Assembly: GCA_040954595.2 (NCBI GenBank)
Contig: CM082577.2
Span: 16,313,903-16,377,902, forward strand
Length of the DNA stretch: 64,000 nucleotides
Direction of reading: 5' to 3'
Source of the DNA: Balanoglossus misakiensis
Lineage: Eukaryota > Animalia > Hemichordata
In this document: piece after piece, positions 27,038-38,212 of the stretch
Numbering within the stretch: position 1 is the stretch's first letter
How the letters are laid out: every line of letters starts with the position of its first letter
The notes under the pieces: model-generated
Database searches by the model: none
What the model saw: only the letters and a program-made list of their open reading frames with translations
What the model was told of the DNA's origin: nothing
Program-made: the position numbers and the translations under genes

Positions 27038-28030
27038 CTGTACATAACACGCTTTTAATAGGCCTGGTACTATCAAACCACACGGTTTGTTTATGTTGTT
27101 TCGAGTTTCTTTCGGACACCGGACATTTCATTACTTCCCCTGCAAGTTCCAGTGCTTTAGTCAACCGCTAAATCAACATTTGGAAGACTAACAAGAGAAT
27201 CCTGTAAAACAACTTTCACTTCAATTGAAGACATATTTTCAAAAAAGGTGTTTCTAAAATTTTCAGACCATTTGTAACGCTCTGTTTTTCTACCAACATT
27301 TACATTTTCAACATTTACATCACAATGATAATTCCTGATCCCATTATATAATAGATGACACGACAAAGCCATATGGTCAGATTCGGTGCGAGGCAGTACG
27401 TTGAAATTCTTTACATTGTCAAATAACTTCGTGGACAGGATGACGTAATCAATAAGACTAGCACCGGCATAAGAAATACATGTGAAATGACCATCTTGGT
27501 CACCAGGTGTTCTCCCATTTACAATACGAATGCCCATTCGCTTGCATAAATCAATTAACATTCTACCTGCTGGAGTTATTACTGAATCTTTTGAACAACA
27601 GGGTGTACAAAATGTGTCAGGAATGTAACCCAAATTGTCTAACATCGGAACATGTGCAATTGCGTCATCAGTGATAAAATCGTCCAGGGGCCCCACTCTT
27701 GAGTTGAAATCGCCCAACAAAATAATGTGTTTATCAGAATTGTCTGAAGAAAAGTTAACTAGAAAGTCATCTAACATTTCAATTCTACGGATGGGGTTAT
27801 CTGGTCTAATGTAACAACAACCAATGAGCAAGTCTTTGTCAAAAGAAAATACATCTCTGTGGAATTCAAGAAAAACTCAATTTTCTAATGCACATTCAAC
27901 CCTCTTAACTTTATCAAAACACTTTTTGACGTAAACTGACACACCACCACTTGGTCTGCCTCTCCGAGAACATTCCAAGTTTATAGAGAAAAAATATTGT
28001 GATTCTGATGATATGGGCCTTGGCCTCTTA
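27038..28030 (-). mobile_element. LINE ORF2 APE endonuclease domain, frameshifted
   Basis: RGRPSGGVSVYVK, CYIRP, ILLGDFNSR, GRMLIDLC..NGR, FTC, SLIDY and SDH motifs (ORFs 27877-28116 and 27157-27831). Confidence 0.9.
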
Positions 28031-28031
28031 C

Positions 28032-28295
28032 TCATCTTGATAATTTTGCATTGTATGGAAATGTTTGTTCTGAAATCTGACCAGTCTCTTCGTTCAAGCT
28101 GAACACGCGTCTGCAATCAGAGTCTTTCACCACCAGTTTATCGTATTGGAGAAAAGCTTTTAGATCCTTATTGGTTGCAAGGAGAGGGCGACGGTGGCCC
28201 CATAGTTTTGAACGAATTGTTCTTACTCTCCTTATGGAGATGTTTGAGTTCTTTAGCTTGAAAGCGTTTCGAAGAACTTGTTCTTTGTCTTTGAT
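28032..28295 (-). mobile_element. LINE ORF1 C-terminal fragment
   Basis: KDKEQVLRNAFKLKNSNISI...R..R.KL...AFLQYDKLVV resembles the ORF1 RRM/CTD tail and lies directly upstream of the EN domain. Confidence 0.65.
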
Positions 28296-28549
28296 ACAAG
28301 ACACCATTTATTTTAATGTAAATGTGGATATATAGTGAATCAATGATCAACCACACAAAACTTCCATCCCACTTGTATGATATGAGAGTAAAAACTCGCC
28401 CAAAATGAATAAATGGTATAAAGAACGATTATTCATTTTTGCGAGTTTTTTCACTCTCCTGTCTATAAGAGGGATGGTAGTTGTGTGTGGTTGAACGTAC
28501 ATTCACTATTTATCCACATGTAGAATAAAAAACGGTGTCTTGTATCAAA
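28290..28549. repeat. Imperfect 260-bp hairpin truncating the LINE 5' end
   Basis: tttgatacaagacacc...ggtgtcttgtatcaaa, with internal symmetry. Confidence 0.7.
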
Positions 28550-28787
28550 TAAAATTAATGGAAAAAGGGGCTGCGAGAGACAGATTTTGTCCCTTTAATT
28601 GGTCGCGATGAACGACGTCACTGACCACAAATACTCAGTAACGGTTTGTTTACATGCCCGTTAATCTGAATAGTAATATTAAACAGTTCAGTAAATACAT
28701 TTTGCGTAACACAAGTCCCGGGGCCCCTTGTATTTTGCGTGGGGACATTTTCGTATATTTTGACGGGTTTCTTGAGTTCGTTAGAAA

Positions 28788-28960
28788 TATAATGGAAATA
28801 ACCGACTCCGCCCTGACAATGAACGTTTGTTTATGGGCTCGGGCTCGAGAAAAGCTAAAATTCATTAGCTCGGAAGCCTCGCCCATGAATTTTTGGCTTT
28901 CCCCTTGCCCATAAACAGACGTTAATGGTCAGGGCGTCGTCCATTATTTCTATATTATAT
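28788..28960. repeat. Imperfect ~170-bp hairpin
   Basis: cgccctgacaatgaacgtttgtttatgggc...gcccataaacagacgttaatggtcagggcg. Confidence 0.7.
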
Positions 28961-29211
28961 ATCGTTTGCTTGGTAGATGGTCAATCGTGCTGTGAGGCCC
29001 TTTCACACTGGTGGTTTTCTACACGAAACGCTTTTCCCGTTTCTATCATTGTAGCCAAGTTTATTCAATAGACGGGGTTCTTTTATTTTGGTGTCCAATC
29101 ATTCCCCTTCCCATGATCCTTTCTGTTTATGAGTTTTTGCCATATACGCCTTGTTTCCAAAGCGACAACTTCGGTAGGAAACGAATGCAATCATTTTCGC
29201 CATCATTTAAA

Positions 29212-29791
29212 TAATAACACATGATAGCGAGGGCAATATCACGATTTGAAGCCTACACGAGGGATGGTGATCTCTGACCATAATATTGATGATGCCCGAG
29301 CCGCAGGCGAGGGTTTCATCAATATTGTGGTCAGAGATCACCAGCCCGGGGGTAGGCTTCAAATCTTGATGTTTCCCGAGCATCGTGTGTAATTAATTTT
29401 ATTACGCCGAACATTTGAACGTACATACACTGCAGCATAGAAGAACGTAGGGTTGCGTCCATGTCGTACATTGCTGAGAATGTAAAATGTCTCGATCTCC
29501 CAAGAACTATACCTACTTCGAACTCAGATAATTTTGAGGATACTGCGCTGTTGGTTTCGATTTCGGTGTATTTACTGCCTGTTTGCAGTAAAATATCGTC
29601 AAGTTGAACAGGTGTTAAGCCTGTCGCTTTGAAGCCATAGATGCGGGAGTTGGCTGATCGGCGAGGAAGCCATTGAACAACAGTTTGTCAAGCGCAGAAG
29701 TCGTGCACAGAACACCAAAACAACCAAGCGGGCAATATCAACATGCTTTATCACTCTTGCCATGTTTTATCACTTTTTGCTCTATGTCACG
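29212..29791. mobile_element. Left part of a palindrome-bearing (Crypton-like) element that received the Polinton-type insertion; resumes at 43058-43111
   Basis: Hairpin at ~29212-29395 with core cgagccgcaggcgag. Short IR ttttattacgcc (29397-29408) pairs with ggtgtaataaaa (43100-43111) beyond the insertion. Confidence 0.55.
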
Positions 29792-29825
29792 AGTAGTATA
29801 GGTTGGAGCCGTAGCACTCGGATTT

Positions 29826-30335
29826 GGGGAGGAGGATCAGGAGGAGCTGAGGAGGAGCTGAGGAGGAAGAGGAGGAGCTGAGGAGGAAGAGGAGGAGCTG
29901 AGGAGGAAGAGGAGGAGCTGAGGAGGAAGAGGAGGAGCTGAGGAGGAAGAGGAGGAGCTGAGGAGGAAGAGGAGGAGCGGAGGAGCTGAGGAGGAAGAGG
30001 AGGAGCTGAGGAGGAAGAGGAGGAGCTGAGGAGGAGCTGAGGAGGAAGAGGAGGAGCTGAGGAGGAAGAGGAGGAGCTGAGGAGGAGCTGAGGAGGAAGA
30101 GGAGGAGCTGAGGAGGAAGTGGAGGTGATGTTGGGAGGAGGCAGAGGAGGCAGTGGAGGTGATGTTGGGAGGAGGTGATGAGAGGCGAAGGAGGCCTATC
30201 ACCCATGAGGTAGACAACCCTAAATGTTGGGAGGAGGCAGAGGAGGCGATGAGAGGCGGAGGTGTATCACCCCCTAAGGTAAGGAACCCTAAATGTTGGG
30301 AGGAGGCGGAGGCGGAGGAGGCAGAGGAGGCGATG
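29826..30335 (+). repeat. Subterminal purine-rich array (GAGGAGCTGAGGAGGAA)n grading into TGTTGGGAGGAGGC units, left arm
   Basis: Directly visible, and mirrored with different copy number at ~42355-43017. Confidence 0.9.
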
Positions 30336-30364
30336 AGTGGTAGCCCTTTCCCTATTTGAGACTG

Positions 30365-30372
30365 TATAAAAG
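30365..30372 (+). promoter_or_regulatory. TATA box upstream of the ANKRD9-like ORF (mirrored at ~42316-42323)
   Basis: TATAAAAG lies between the GAG array and the ORF. AATAAA at 31530-31535 follows the stop. Confidence 0.5.
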
Positions 30373-30459
30373 GCTAGCCCTGCATGACCATCGTTCTCTT
30401 GGGCGTATTGTGGATATGGTCAATGCGCATTTTTAACGAACATCGTCGAGATCAGAGGA

Positions 30460-31377
30460 TTGCTTTCACGATTCGACCAATTGTCTTTTTATAACTTGCT
30501 AGTCACCGCGATCAGAAAACACAAGCCACCAAAAAGGATAGAGAGAGTTCGGAAACGCGTTGTGTTCGACTGGGAGGAGAAGAGCGACGCCAGGTTTTTC
30601 ACGCCGGCCGATGCGCTGGCACTGGCCGTTGAGTGCAACCATATCGACTACGTGGAATACCTTCTGGAATATCATCTGGCAGAGGCGCTGGATGTATCAA
30701 AACGATGTTGCTCGCATCTCATTCTAGCTGTGAGGTGGGACAGACACCAGATTATGGAGAAGATTCTCTTTTACGCGAGAAAGAAGTTCGACCACTGCAG
30801 GAGTGCCATCGACGAGAAACTGCAGCGTGAGGCGAATACTGCACAGAGCCGAGAGAATTATAGGGCGGAGGCCCCTCCGACATATGATTACAATGGCGAC
30901 TGCTATATCAACTGCAAAGGGTGTCGTTCGTTGGGATTTTCAAGAACGGCCGTCCATGTCGCTTGTGAGTTGGCCCACGTCGAATGCCTGAGAGCCCTGC
31001 TCAAGTACGGAGCGAACCCGGCAACCATGGATCTGGTGGGGAAAACGCCGCTGGAATACTGTCTGTTTCAAACGGGGCCGTCGTCGTCCGATTTGACCTC
31101 TCGGCCGGAACGACTAGCGGAGTGCGTCGAGCTTTTGTTGAGAACACTGCAAAATATTGATGTTTCAATCGTTGAACGGTTGGAAGCTTTAAATACTGGG
31201 GGAGTGAAAGACGGGTTCCTCCAAAACATCGACATATCAAATTCTCCCTGTCTTCTAAAGCACCTTTGCCGCTTCACAATAAGACAATCCATAGGTCTGA
31301 ACGACAGGTTACCTCACGGGATCGGTCAACTACCGTTACCGCTAACTCTAAAACGGTATTTGGCGTTAGATATGTGA
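30460..31377 (+). CDS. ANKRD9: ANKRD9-like ankyrin-repeat / SOCS-box protein (CRL5 substrate adaptor family), left-arm copy
   Basis: FDWEE...FFTPADAL..A...H..Y..YLL, RCC.SHL.LAVR, GC...TAVHVACELA..ECL..LL..GA.P...D..G.TPLE match ANKRD9. C-terminal SOCS box: PCLLKHLCRFTIR...LPLPLTLKRYL. The start is uncertain: the frame is open from 30388 but the first ATG is at 30754. Confidence 0.85.
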   Translation: MLSRFDQLSFYNLLVTAIRKHKPPKRIERVRKRVVFDWEEKSDARFFTPADALALAVECNHIDYVEYLLEYHLAEALDVSKRCCSHLILAVRWDRHQIMEKILFYARKKFDHCRSAIDEKLQREANTAQSRENYRAEAPPTYDYNGDCYINCKGCRSLGFSRTAVHVACELAHVECLRALLKYGANPATMDLVGKTPLEYCLFQTGPSSSDLTSRPERLAECVELLLRTLQNIDVSIVERLEALNTGGVKDGFLQNIDISNSPCLLKHLCRFTIRQSIGLNDRLPHGIGQLPLPLTLKRYLALDM

Positions 31378-31682
31378 ATTTGAATCTGTTTTCAAACTGC
31401 TCCATGCAGTACCTTTGCCAATGTTCATGTTGTACATTATTCAATGTTCAAGTTTGACCAAAGTTATCTGTTTTATAATCTTGTGAATTGTGATATGTTT
31501 GTTTGTTTGTTTGTTTTTTTTTTTTAGAAAATAAAACCAACTGTTCATGGTTGTTGTTTTTTTAATGGAAACTGATCTGGCGTTTTGCTTGTATGTGTGT
31601 GAGTGAATGCATAAGAGTCATGTCATTTAGCGACGAATCAAGTTAAATTTATAGATTTATTGGTTTAAACACTAGAATTTGG

Positions 31683-31793
31683 TGGATCTGGTGGGGAAAA
31701 CGCCGCTGGAATACTGTCTGTTTCAAACGGGGCCGCCGTCGTCCGATTTGACCTCTCGGCCGAAAATGACTAGCGGAGTGCGTCGAGCTTTTG
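31683..31793 (+). repeat. ~110-bp duplicate of ANKRD9-like coding sequence 31028-31138 downstream of the gene (mirrored in the right arm)
   Basis: tggatctggtggggaaaacgccg...gcgtcgagcttttgt is repeated with a few substitutions. Confidence 0.85.
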
Positions 31794-32122
31794 TGTTATG
31801 TTATAATTTATCATTTTAATTATTATTATGATATTGTATGTGATTTCTGAGTAGTTTTGATAAATATATCCAAGTAAATGGAGAGTACTATAGTGTTACT
31901 AATCTTACTCAGTTCGTGGGGTACAATAATGGAAATGTGTTAAAGAGAGAGGGTTCCTTACCTAAGAGGGTGATACACCTACTACATCCTGAAATGCGCC
32001 CTCTACCGACCGAAGTAGCGTTTCATTCGTCCACAACGTACAATCCATACCGTCTGCGTTCGGAACTATGGACTTTTCCGCGAGTGAGCAGTGGGAAACA
32101 ATAATTAATTTAGAACGACAAC

Positions 32123-33247
32123 ATGGAAGACAAGACCAAGAAGATAACCAGGTAAGTAACACATTGTAAATTATTTAGATCAATGCCCAGTAATTTTTAA
32201 TGACACATTATAATTATCCCACCCAAAGCTTTTTTCGCCCGTGGGTAACACATACTATCTGTACTATATATATATATATATATTTTTTTTTTATGGTCCT
32301 CTCTTATTATCATTACATAAGAGTCAACACATCATTTTTGAACAATATTGTACTCCAAGAAATGGACTGCCCTGTGGATGTTATGTCAGTATATTTCATG
32401 TAATTCGTAAGCTATATTTTCTCTCCGTTAAAATGGGCGCGCATTGAATATATATGAGCTTATCGTCTGCGCGTAGCACCTACATCCCACTGTACATGTA
32501 GGCCTATGTACTAATTTTGCGCAGCGTGACTATCAGCGTCACACGCCCTCTCCCCATGATTGTACTGGCGAATAGTGTGGTAACGAGGATAAGCCAAACA
32601 AGGAAGTGTATGCTATCTACACTGAGTTTTAACCAGCGTGCGAAGTTTTATTTTATTTTATTTTTATCGCAACGAACGCAGTGGGCTCACACTCACTGTG
32701 AGTGTGAGTGTATTCTATGTGTACCCAACTGGCTGTGCATTCGTCGCCGCGAATTGCAGTGTACGATTTCCTATCATTTTCACTCATCGATTTTACATAA
32801 ATTCAACTCCCTTTATCACAACAAGTTTGATGAAATACATTTTCATTGAAATATTAATCTCAAAAATTGTCCTGTTGCGATCGTAGAAGATGAGCAGTGA
32901 CGCCCGCGAAATGTTACGGTGATTATGTGACCTGGCCGTCTAGGGGCTTGCAAGCAAATTGCTACATTGTTGCATTGTAATCGCTGGGGTAGCTGTTCTC
33001 CCCAGTCACACGCCACTAATACAGCACACGCGTGTTCAGGCATTGTTATACCATTAGCAATACCTCCACGCCAGCAGTTAGAGCTAATGACAGAATGATG
33101 TGCTATTTCAACAGGTGTTATCGCTCAACGAGGAAAGTGATTTGGGCGCGCAGCATGAAGAACCCAGTGCTCGCACGTCCGGCGAGAGTTTACCACAGTA
33201 AGTTTTTGCTCGATTTTATCGTAATCGGGGGTATCCTGTGTATTTGA

Positions 33248-33300
<53 letters not shown>

Positions 33301-34307
33301 AACAAACAAACGTGGGTATACGCTTAGTCAGCAACTATTTTTTTTTTTTTCTTTTTTTCTTTTTTTTTTTTTTTTTTTTTTCTTTTTAATCTTTGCTAGA
33401 GCAGATATACCATCACAAAGAGTGAACGAGGAAGTGTCAGAGACACAGCCTTTACCGAATCCAAAGAGCGTTATAATAAAACCGTCGGTCGGTCGCTGGT
33501 GATGACTTATTTTTTTTTTTTCAGGATGTAAAGACCTAATCAATTGTCTATTCACGTTGTAATATATTTTTCATCCTCGTAGAATCGACACCACACCAAA
33601 CAATAACACATCGGGTACACAAGAGGATGCATCGTCCTCTCCGAAGCAAATCAGGTAGGTTTAAATAGATTGTGTTTCTATTCACCTTAGGCAGGGTACT
33701 CGTTCTAACATGTATGGTTGTCTATCTGACTGCAAGGTCGTTTGTAAATTTATTCTTGCAATTTTTTTTCTCTCCCAGACTTCCGTCTACACACCTTGCT
33801 GTCACCGAACACCAGCCATCACCAGATTATATACAGGTCCTTCGTGAGACCACTAATCGCCCGGATGTCTATGGTGAGGAGAATGATGAAGGCCGATCAA
33901 CGTGCCCCCACTGTCCCCGCACATTTTCCAGACCAGGTGATTTGTGTCGTCACATCAACACCGTCCATGGGGAAAACCGCCTGTCGTGTGCCAGTTGTAG
34001 TAAGACGTTTACACGCAAAGACAACTTGGCAAGACACCAAAAGAGAGTGCATGACAACAAGAAAACAGGTACCGGTGGTGATGAAAATGACCAGTTTCAG
34101 TGTCCCTGTTGTGACCTTACCTTCACCCGAAAGGACAACATGGCACGGCATTTAAAGGAAATACATCACCGCCTGGATTCCCAATATAAATGCTCAATAT
34201 GTGACATGGTATTTAAAAGAAAAGCACATCATGCCAGTCATTTGAAAATACATAAGAAGCTGTCTTGTACCTGGAGGTATTTAAGGGTGTCGAAAATACA
34301 AGAGTGA
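32123..34307 (+). CDS. Spliced C2H2 zinc-finger protein (4 fingers), predicted 237 aa; exons 32123-32151, 33400-33483, 33583-33654, 33779-34307
   Basis: Fingers CPHC..HINTVH, CASC..HQKRVH, CPCC..HLKEIH and CSIC..HLKIH lie in ORF 33672-34307. The ATG exon ends AG|gtaagt. All three GT-AG introns are phase 2 and keep the frame open; the exon-2 donor gtcggt is weak. Confidence 0.75.
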
Positions 34308-34828
34308 GGGGCCAAAGTGCGGGACACGCACAGTGCTATAAATGGCACTCTGCGGGAATTATCCGACGCGCAGGGAACGGACCTTGCTCTGTTCCCGGCG
34401 TTCCACGGCCTCCACCACTGGAGGCCGTGCAGTGTAACCGGGAACACACAGACCAGTACGCAGATCTAGGAACGGACCGTTTGATTGTTCGGCAGAGCAG
34501 AACAACACGTAACCTAATGTGTACTCAGACAGAGCCAGGCCTGTATGGCTTGTGAACGACGTTGCATAAACGTGTGTCATCCTTGGGTTTACCACTTACG
34601 AATGCAACATCAGGACAGTAGAAAATGTCGATTGTGGGTGGTTGATCGCCCGATCATTTATTATTTTCAACGCCCGAATGTCGTCGGTCGTCGTCAAAAA
34701 CACGATCGACCTCCTCGAAATGCAACATGAAAGTAGAAAATGTCGGTCAAAAACACGATAGACAACCATACATGTTAGAACGAGTACCCCGCCTAAGGTG
34801 AATAGAAACACAATCTATTTAAACCTAC

Positions 34829-36193
34829 CTGATTTGCTTCGGAGAGGACGATGCATCCTCTTGTGTACCCGATGTGTTATTGTTTGGTGTGGTGTCGATT
34901 CTACGAGGATGAAAAATATATTACAACGTGAATAGACAATTGATTAGGTCTTTACATCCTGAAAAAAAAAAAAATAAGTCATCACCAGCGACCGACCGAC
35001 GGTTTTATTATAACGCTCTTTGGATTCGGTAAAGGCTGTGTCTCTGACACTTCCTCGTTCACTCTTTGTGATGGTATATCTGCTCTAGCAAAGATTAAAA
35101 AGAAAAAAAAAGAAAAAAAAGAAAAAAAAAAAATAGTTGCTGACTAAGCGTATACCCACGTTTGTTTGTTGTTGTTTGTTTGTTTGTTTGTTTTTTTTTT
35201 TTTTTGTGTGTGTGTGTGTGTGTGTGTGTTTTCATCAAATACACAGGATACCCCCGATTACGATAAAATCGAGCAAAAACTTACTGTGGTAAACTCTCGC
35301 CGGATGTGCGAGCACTGGGTTCTTCATGCTGCGCGCCCAAATCACTTTCCTCGTTGAGCGATAACACCTGTTGAAATAGCACATCATTCTGTCATTAGCT
35401 CTAACTGCTGGCGTGGAGGTATTGCTAATGGTATAACAATGCCTGAACACGCGTGTGCTGTATTAGTGGCGTGTGACTGGGGAGAACAGCTACCCCAGCG
35501 ATTACAATGCAACAATGTAGCAATTTGCTTGCAAGCCCCTAGACGGCCAGGTCACATAATCACCGTAACATTTCGCGGGCGTCACTGCTCATCTTCTACG
35601 ATCGCAACAGGACAATTTTTGAGATTAATATTTCAATGAAAATGTATTTCATCAAACTTGTTGTGATAAAGGGAGTTGAATTTATGTAAAATCGATGAGT
35701 GAAAATGATAGGAAATCGTACACTGCAATTCGCGGCGACGAATGCACAGCCAGTTGGGTACACATAGAATACACTCACACTCACAGTGAGTGTGAGCCCA
35801 CTGCGTTCGTTGCGATAAAAATAAAATAAAATAAAACTTCGCACGCTGGTTAAAACTCAGTGTAGATAGCATACACTTCCTTGTTTGGCTTATCCTCGTT
35901 ACCACACTATTCGCCAGTACAATCATGGGGAGAGGGCGTGTGACGCTGATAGTCACGCTGCGCAAAATTAGTACATAGGCCTACATGTACAGTGGGATGT
36001 ACGTGCTACGCGCAGACGATAAGCTCATATATATTCAATGCGCGCCCATTTTAACGGAGAGAAAATATAGCTTACGAATTACATGAAATATACTGACATA
36101 ACATCCACAGGGCAGTCCATTTCTTGGAGTACAATATTGTTCAAAAATGATGTGTTGACTCTTATGTAATGATAATAAGAGAGGACCATAAAA

Positions 36194-36224
<31 letters not shown>

Positions 36225-36368
36225 TAGTACAGATAGTATGTGTTACCCACGGGTGAAAAAAGCTTTGGGTGGGATAATTATAATGTGTCATTAAAAATTA
36301 CTGGGCATTGATCTAAATAATTTACAATGTGTTACTTACCTGGTTATCTTCTTGGTCTTGTCTTCCAT
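34829..36368 (-). other. Mirror copy of zinc-finger gene exons 1-3 (36368-36340, 35084-35001, 34900-34829), without the finger exon
   Basis: Reverse complement of the left-arm exons with the splice sites retained. Confidence 0.6.
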
Positions 36369-38120
36369 GTTGTCGTTCTAAATTAATTATTGTTTCCCAC
36401 TGCTCACTCGCGGAAAAGTCCATAGTTCCGAACGCAGACGGTATGGATTGTACGTTGTGGACGAATGAAACGCTACTTCGGTCGCACTGCATGAAAACCC
36501 TATAATACAGACAAATTCACACAAATCAAGTTGCCAGTATTTTAGGCTAATACACGCTAATTCTTGTGAGTCCACATGAATATAGGCTTGCTGAATACAA
36601 GCAATGGATTTTTGTCTGTATTCATCAGTATAAGCACTATTCTAAATCCATGCATAATACTGAAAAATACAGATTGTACAAGTCTTTAATACATTCTGTA
36701 TTAAGAATAGATGGACGATGTATTCACAAAGACCGGTTGGAAATGGTACTGCAAAATACAATCTGTATTCGCAGAGATTTGAGTTCTATTTGCATATCAT
36801 TACTAGAATGACCCGACCAGTGTGAAGGTCAACCTGATTCAGTCCACAGTCCCTCTTTGGTAGATCTAAAATAGTCCATTGATCCTTGTGATCGAAACAA
36901 GCAACATACACAATACAATTTAATCCATCTATAATATCAGTAGGAAAAACCATGGATGCAATCTTTCCTTATACCTCCATGGAACAACGGAGTAAACTTA
37001 GTTCTTGCCGAAGTGTTAAGACGATTTTAATAACCGTAAATTCAAAGCTTGCAAGTTACGTATATATGAAGGCTTTATACTGCCAGCACTTAATTGCGTC
37101 AATTTGGCCATGCACATAAAAAACCTTGTGCAGGAAAAGACTATACGCTGTAGCCTATTCGCCGGTCTGAAGCCGGCCGGCGACTGTAGCTGCTCAATCA
37201 TTGTTATTTCTTTAGCGCCTGTGCCTACAAGATTGCGAGGTAAAATTAGCGTGTCCGGCTTTGCCTAGCCTGCGCGGCTTCCCCACTGCGGAGGACCAGC
37301 AGCCTAGTCACGCGGCGAGACGGACAGACCCTGTGATCTGATATAGAAAAAATGGGCAGTCCGGCGCACCACGTTACAAATCTCGAGCGCATGTGCCGTG
37401 GCCGGACTTTCTCGCCATTCTACATCTAACAATCCAAATATGATCGTTATATCTCAGAAATGTGCTGACTCTGAGCCATACGCTACAATAACCTGTGCGT
37501 TCAACAACAGTTACTAGAAAAGACGGTTGGGAAACTATCTGGCTGTCCATTGTAAGATGCTCGACTTGGTAAACACTGAGAGTACTTTTCTAGTTAACAC
37601 CTCCTTCACACCTTCCGAACAATATAGAGTTTCCCAACAGTCTTTTCTAGTAACGCAGTGTGAACCATGCATGGAGGTACGGAACGAAACGGAACACAAC
37701 ACTGTTCAACAACACTGGTGATTCATTTTACTTTCTGTAAAAATGTTTGGCCTGGTGACACTTTCTCTGGGGAGCACGTGCAGGGCAACAAGAGAGAATT
37801 GATCTCGACAGTGGGGAATTCGATCGCCACTATAAGCTCTACCAAAACGAAGTTTCAGGACGTCTGTACCATTGTTACAATTAAGTGCCCCAGGCGTCTA
37901 TATGAGTTATCTGGTGGGCCAATAAACTACCGATCAAGGTGAACAAAAGACAGTAATGTTTGTGAAAATGACACGACTGACCGCCAGTGAAATGATTGAC
38001 AGTCTATACCGTGTGCTGAAGATGCGGTTGACACCCACAGTCAGCGTTAATCAAGGCCGGATCGGCCACACATTTGTCAGACATCGTGCAGGTGCTCCCC
38101 GCACCTGGCCCGGTCATGTA

Positions 38121-38212
38121 TAGCCCTGCGTACGGGTCTGTGTGTTACCGGCGTTACCATAGTGGTAGAGGCCGTGTAACGCCGGGAACACACAGACCTG
38201 TACGCATAGCTA
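38121..38212. mobile_element. Hairpin MITE of the TAGCCCTGCGTAC family (degenerate)
   Basis: Same TIR as 46052-46454. Another decayed copy lies at ~34388-34468. Confidence 0.65.

Noticed and set aside
29826-30120. CRISPR-like array (also considered for 23155-23950 and 56435-57510)
   Set aside because: The units are contiguous tandem repeats without unique spacers, there are no cas genes, and the context is eukaryotic.
29787-30217. Poly-Ser/Leu/Pro ORFs here and at 42471-43106
   Set aside because: They are translations of the GAG/CTC repeat array; they differ between arms and have no domain content.
32517-33334. Short ORFs duplicated in both arms (mirrors at 35166-35965)
   Set aside because: They fall in the predicted first intron of the zinc-finger gene, have no recognisable domains, and are duplicated only because of the palindrome.
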